Below are positions 25,440 to 28,220 of a DNA stretch of 28,220 bases, piece by piece. Numbering within the stretch: the stretch's first letter is position 1; every line of letters begins with the position of its first letter. Source of the stretch: a virus (lineage: Duplodnaviria > Caudoviricetes); IMG/VR virus record IMGVR_UViG_3300025392_000641, positions 1 through 28,220 of that record. One strand, 5' to 3'. Made by a program: the position numbers and the translations under genes. The notes beneath the pieces were generated by a model, which was not told the DNA's origin, did not search any database, and saw only the letters and a list, made by a program, of their open reading frames with translations.

Positions 25440-26278
25440 TAAAAAGAATACTCTACGTTTGGGTATTTCTTTTTCATGAACTGCACCAGTGGCATCTTCT
25501 CGTAACGTCGGCATAGATAGTCGAGCGATACAAACATGGGGTCGTAACTACCGTCACGTACCTCGTGTTTAACAATTATTCCTCGCCAGTGTGCGTTCCC
25601 CTGCGGGCCTTTATAGTCTTCATCATGGAGGTAGCATGCGCCCGCAACAAGGCCATGTTGGCTCTTGCCAGCGACGAATCTAAGCCCGTACGCAAGCGTC
25701 TGTTGGTGGCCCATCGTGAAACTATGGCCAATGGATTTAAGTCTCGCTTCAACGTTGCCTCCTAGGGGCTTGCCGGTCATTGGGTTGTAGAAGTAATGGC
25801 TGTACGCAACACCGTCCAACCACAGGATTTCTAAGTAAGGACTTACTTTCCATCCGCTTCGCTCGTAGTCGAGGTGGTCGGTGGTAACAACTCCCTCAAG
25901 TTGTGCATCCATTGAGACAGCACGGTTGATTCTATCTTCGTGGTTGCCAAGGAGGATGTGCCTCTCAGGGTTCCATTTACCGTGCCTGGTCTTACGACGA
26001 TTCGCATTGAAGTCCGTGAGGGCTTGATTAAGTATTCTCCATGCTTCATTGGCTGCTTCTATGTCCTGTTTGTAACGGCGACCCTCCATAGCCTTCTTGC
26101 CTTTGTCATACATGGACAAAGACGGCATGTCTGCGTGGTCACCTAAGTGAATAATTTTAATAGGTTTATCGTGGAACTCGTCCACAATGTATTGACCAAT
26201 CCATTTAAGATGGTCTGTTGGTACTCCAGCCTTAGCCTGAGTATCTGGAATAATTACGTGTGTTGTTGGTGCCTGCAA
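25439..26278 (-). CDS. Calcineurin-like metallophosphoesterase
   Basis: IPDTQ, GDHAD, GNHE, SH, GHQQ; SD AGGAG before TTG. Confidence 0.9.
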   Translation of the reverse strand: MQAPTTHVIIPDTQAKAGVPTDHLKWIGQYIVDEFHDKPIKIIHLGDHADMPSLSMYDKGKKAMEGRRYKQDIEAANEAWRILNQALTDFNANRRKTRHGKWNPERHILLGNHEDRINRAVSMDAQLEGVVTTDHLDYERSGWKVSPYLEILWLDGVAYSHYFYNPMTGKPLGGNVEARLKSIGHSFTMGHQQTLAYGLRFVAGKSQHGLVAGACYLHDEDYKGPQGNAHWRGIIVKHEVRDGSYDPMFVSLDYLCRRYEKMPLVQFMKKKYPNVEYSF

Positions 26279-26310
26279 GGTAATTCTCCTTGTTTAGTCC
26301 GCCTTTCAGC

Positions 26311-26339
26311 ATTCTAACACACAAGTTAGCAACAAACAA
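26311..26339 (-). promoter_or_regulatory. Promoter TTGTTT-N17-TAGAAT with extended TG
   Basis: In the intergenic gap upstream of the metallophosphoesterase. Confidence 0.6.
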
Positions 26340-26351
26340 CAATAATGTAAT

Positions 26352-26846
26352 TTATCTTTCTGTTACTGCGTTTGCCACCTCAGCAGGGGTAATCGAGTAC
26401 AAGTCGGGCCATTGCATTGCTTTGGGGAACCCTCCATACCACAAAGCACCGGCTACTAATCCAGAACAAATCCAAGTACGGGATTTACGTAGACAAATAG
26501 CGTCTGGAAGGATGTTGTCAATGGCACATGAAAGTATGCTAAGATAACTGTATTTCAAGCCCACCTGAGAGCGAGCGAACCTCAACACAAGGTCTCGGTT
26601 CGTTGTTCTCGGTAGTTCCACTACCTCGAACGTGCCACCAAAAGCAGATTCATCGAGAGTTAAGTTGTCGGTAATACCTTTAGGTTGCGCTTGAATGAGG
26701 TACCACTTACCGTCCACGTATCTATCCAAAATGGCAACGTGATTCCACTTTGAGTATTCTGAGTCGGGCATGAAGTGTTGTGCCCATCTAATACTCTTAC
26801 CGATAATTCCTTTGGTTGAACAAAATACAAGGTCACCTGGATTCAT
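26352..26846 (-). CDS. Permuted papain-like NlpC/P60 (YiiX/YebB-like) enzyme
   Basis: PGDLVF, WNHVAI, GLKY, WICSGLV, ITP (His before Cys). Confidence 0.85.
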   Translation of the reverse strand: MNPGDLVFCSTKGIIGKSIRWAQHFMPDSEYSKWNHVAILDRYVDGKWYLIQAQPKGITDNLTLDESAFGGTFEVVELPRTTNRDLVLRFARSQVGLKYSYLSILSCAIDNILPDAICLRKSRTWICSGLVAGALWYGGFPKAMQWPDLYSITPAEVANAVTER

Positions 26847-27168
26847 CTTTTCCCTCTAGGTAATCGACACGTTCTTCTAGTGCCGCTAAATCGTAATCTT
26901 GACGTTGGTCAGTAACGTCTTCAATGTTCTCGTGACCGTGACGTGTAGCAAAGTACGTGCTTATGTATGCAGACACAAGACAGAAACAAACCAATTGCCA
27001 TGTGAAGTGACTGACTGCTGTCTTAATGCAGAAGATGTTGGCAAGCCAGTAGCCCACCTCGGTCATGCCTGCAACGTGTGGCCTGCCTCGTGCTTCTGCC
27101 TGCACCATGAGTACAGAGAACACATTGGCTACACCAAGGGATAATGCGGCGAGTAATGCTATTTTCAC
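26833..27168 (-). CDS. Membrane protein, 111 aa
   Basis: Three hydrophobic segments; overlaps both neighbours. Confidence 0.75.
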   Translation of the reverse strand: MKIALLAALSLGVANVFSVLMVQAEARGRPHVAGMTEVGYWLANIFCIKTAVSHFTWQLVCFCLVSAYISTYFATRHGHENIEDVTDQRQDYDLAALEERVDYLEGKDESR

Positions 27169-27518
27169 TTGTCGTCCTTTAATAGTTTGTGTATTTCTTG
27201 AACCAGAGCATGTGTCTCTAGGTCTAGTTGGTAATCCTTGACCGAGTGCTCGGTGTCTTTCTTTTGCATCTCGTCAGAGATACGGTCTGCTCGCTTGGCT
27301 GAGATAAGCAACACTGAACCTTGTAGACCAGCCACCATAGAAAGCACTAGGTTAAGCCTGAAGAATGGTGCAGGGTCAATGCCGAAACCGGCAGAGAGAA
27401 TCCATAGCACCATAGCGGTGCAGAACACAATAAGGAATGTCCACGTACCCATGCCATGACGCATAAGGTCTGCACATTTCTCTCCGAAGGTACGCTTCTT
27501 ATTCGTAGTCGAGGTCAC
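27165..27518 (-). CDS. DUF1003-like membrane protein
   Basis: TFGEKCAD...GTWTF...DPAPFFRLNLVLS...Q..VLLIS..R; start tentatively GTG 27518. Confidence 0.8.
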   Translation of the reverse strand: MTSTTNKKRTFGEKCADLMRHGMGTWTFLIVFCTAMVLWILSAGFGIDPAPFFRLNLVLSMVAGLQGSVLLISAKRADRISDEMQKKDTEHSVKDYQLDLETHALVQEIHKLLKDDK

Positions 27519-27759
27519 TAAGGTGGGTTTCGAGTTCTCTGGCGACACGCTTAATGGCTTTCTTATTCTTCTTCTGTTCCGACATAATTTCAACTACTAC
27601 TTTTTCTATCCTGTCCACGGCGTCTCGCAGTGAACTACCGTGATTTGGCGACAACTCAGATTTCACTTTCTTCCAAACAATACGGCCAACAAAAAAGATA
27701 ACGGGGAAAACAAATACTGCTAGTACTTGTGCAATGCTGGCAAGGCTATTCCAGTTCAT
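27499..27759 (-). CDS. Single-TM lysis-cassette protein (holin-like), 86 aa
   Basis: N-terminal TM, ELSPNHGSSLRDAVDRIE motif typical of actinophage genes near lysins; ATGA overlap. Confidence 0.7.
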   Translation of the reverse strand: MNWNSLASIAQVLAVFVFPVIFFVGRIVWKKVKSELSPNHGSSLRDAVDRIEKVVVEIMSEQKKNKKAIKRVARELETHLSDLDYE

Positions 27760-28220
27760 GCGCTCGGAACGGGGTGTGCTGACGTTGCGTTCAGTTGGTT
27801 GGTGTTAAAGCGTAGGTAGGTCTGTGGAAGTCGTCCGTCTTGTGATACATGAACATACGAAGGGTCGCCTTCTTGACCGTGGGAAATTGTTAAAGGGTTC
27901 TGAGCGTTAGCACCAGACACGTCTACGACGAGTGCTGTGTGCCAGCCGGTTCCAGGGCCGTACACAATAACGTCGCCAGGCTGTACCTGAGCAAGGGGAA
28001 TCTTGGTGCCGTGGCTAAGCAGTGTGCCGGTGTAGCCTTCGCCGTCATAGTTCTGACCGTTAGGGTCTGGTGCGCCAGCGTGGTTGTAGCAAAGGGTTAC
28101 AAACGCTGAGCAATCAGCAAACACAGGCCACTTAATAGGGTTCTGGTTAATGGCTTCCATGCGTTGTCCACCTTCGGTGTAGTGGAACTGCTGGTGATGA
28201 GCCGCAAAGTACTTAGCCCA
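27756..28220 (-). CDS. NlpC/P60 cell-wall peptidase, probable endolysin (5' end beyond the window)
   Basis: DCSAFV, PGDVIVYG, HTAL, SHG; frame open to the window edge. Confidence 0.85.
   Translation of the reverse strand, partial: WAKYFAAHHQQFHYTEGGQRMEAINQNPIKWPVFADCSAFVTLCYNHAGAPDPNGQNYDGEGYTGTLLSHGTKIPLAQVQPGDVIVYGPGTGWHTALVVDVSGANAQNPLTISHGQEGDPSYVHVSQDGRLPQTYLRFNTNQLNATSAHPVPSA

Noticed and set aside
456-27459. Many short antisense or alternate-frame ORFs in the track
   Set aside because: Shadows of well-supported, coupled minus-strand genes

Overview
A 28-kb piece of a tailed dsDNA phage genome, probably podovirus-like with an actinobacterial host (two WhiB genes, an Rpf-like transglycosylase, leaderless genes, an actinobacterial-type SOS box). 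All credible genes are on the minus strand. In transcription order (right to left): NlpC/P60 endolysin and membrane genes; metallophosphoesterase, PnuC-like protein and GT2-methyltransferase fusion; recombination/replication and regulators (PD-(D/E)XK nuclease, ERF, HslV-like protease, resolvase, SSB, 2x WhiB); a compositionally distinct amidoligase + class II glutamine amidotransferase cassette; a ~1.7-kb mostly non-coding hub; then terminase, portal and large virion proteins. The most unusual material is non-coding. It includes a ~400-nt highly structured plus-strand RNA candidate, two promoter-bounded small RNA candidates (one with an anti-Shine-Dalgarno segment), host regulator boxes (Rex/CRP, LexA, HrcA-CIRCE) and (AACTAC)n arrays bracketing the cassette. 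AGCT and GATC appear absent everywhere except in or beside that cassette. All calls come from reading motifs by eye; no searches were run.
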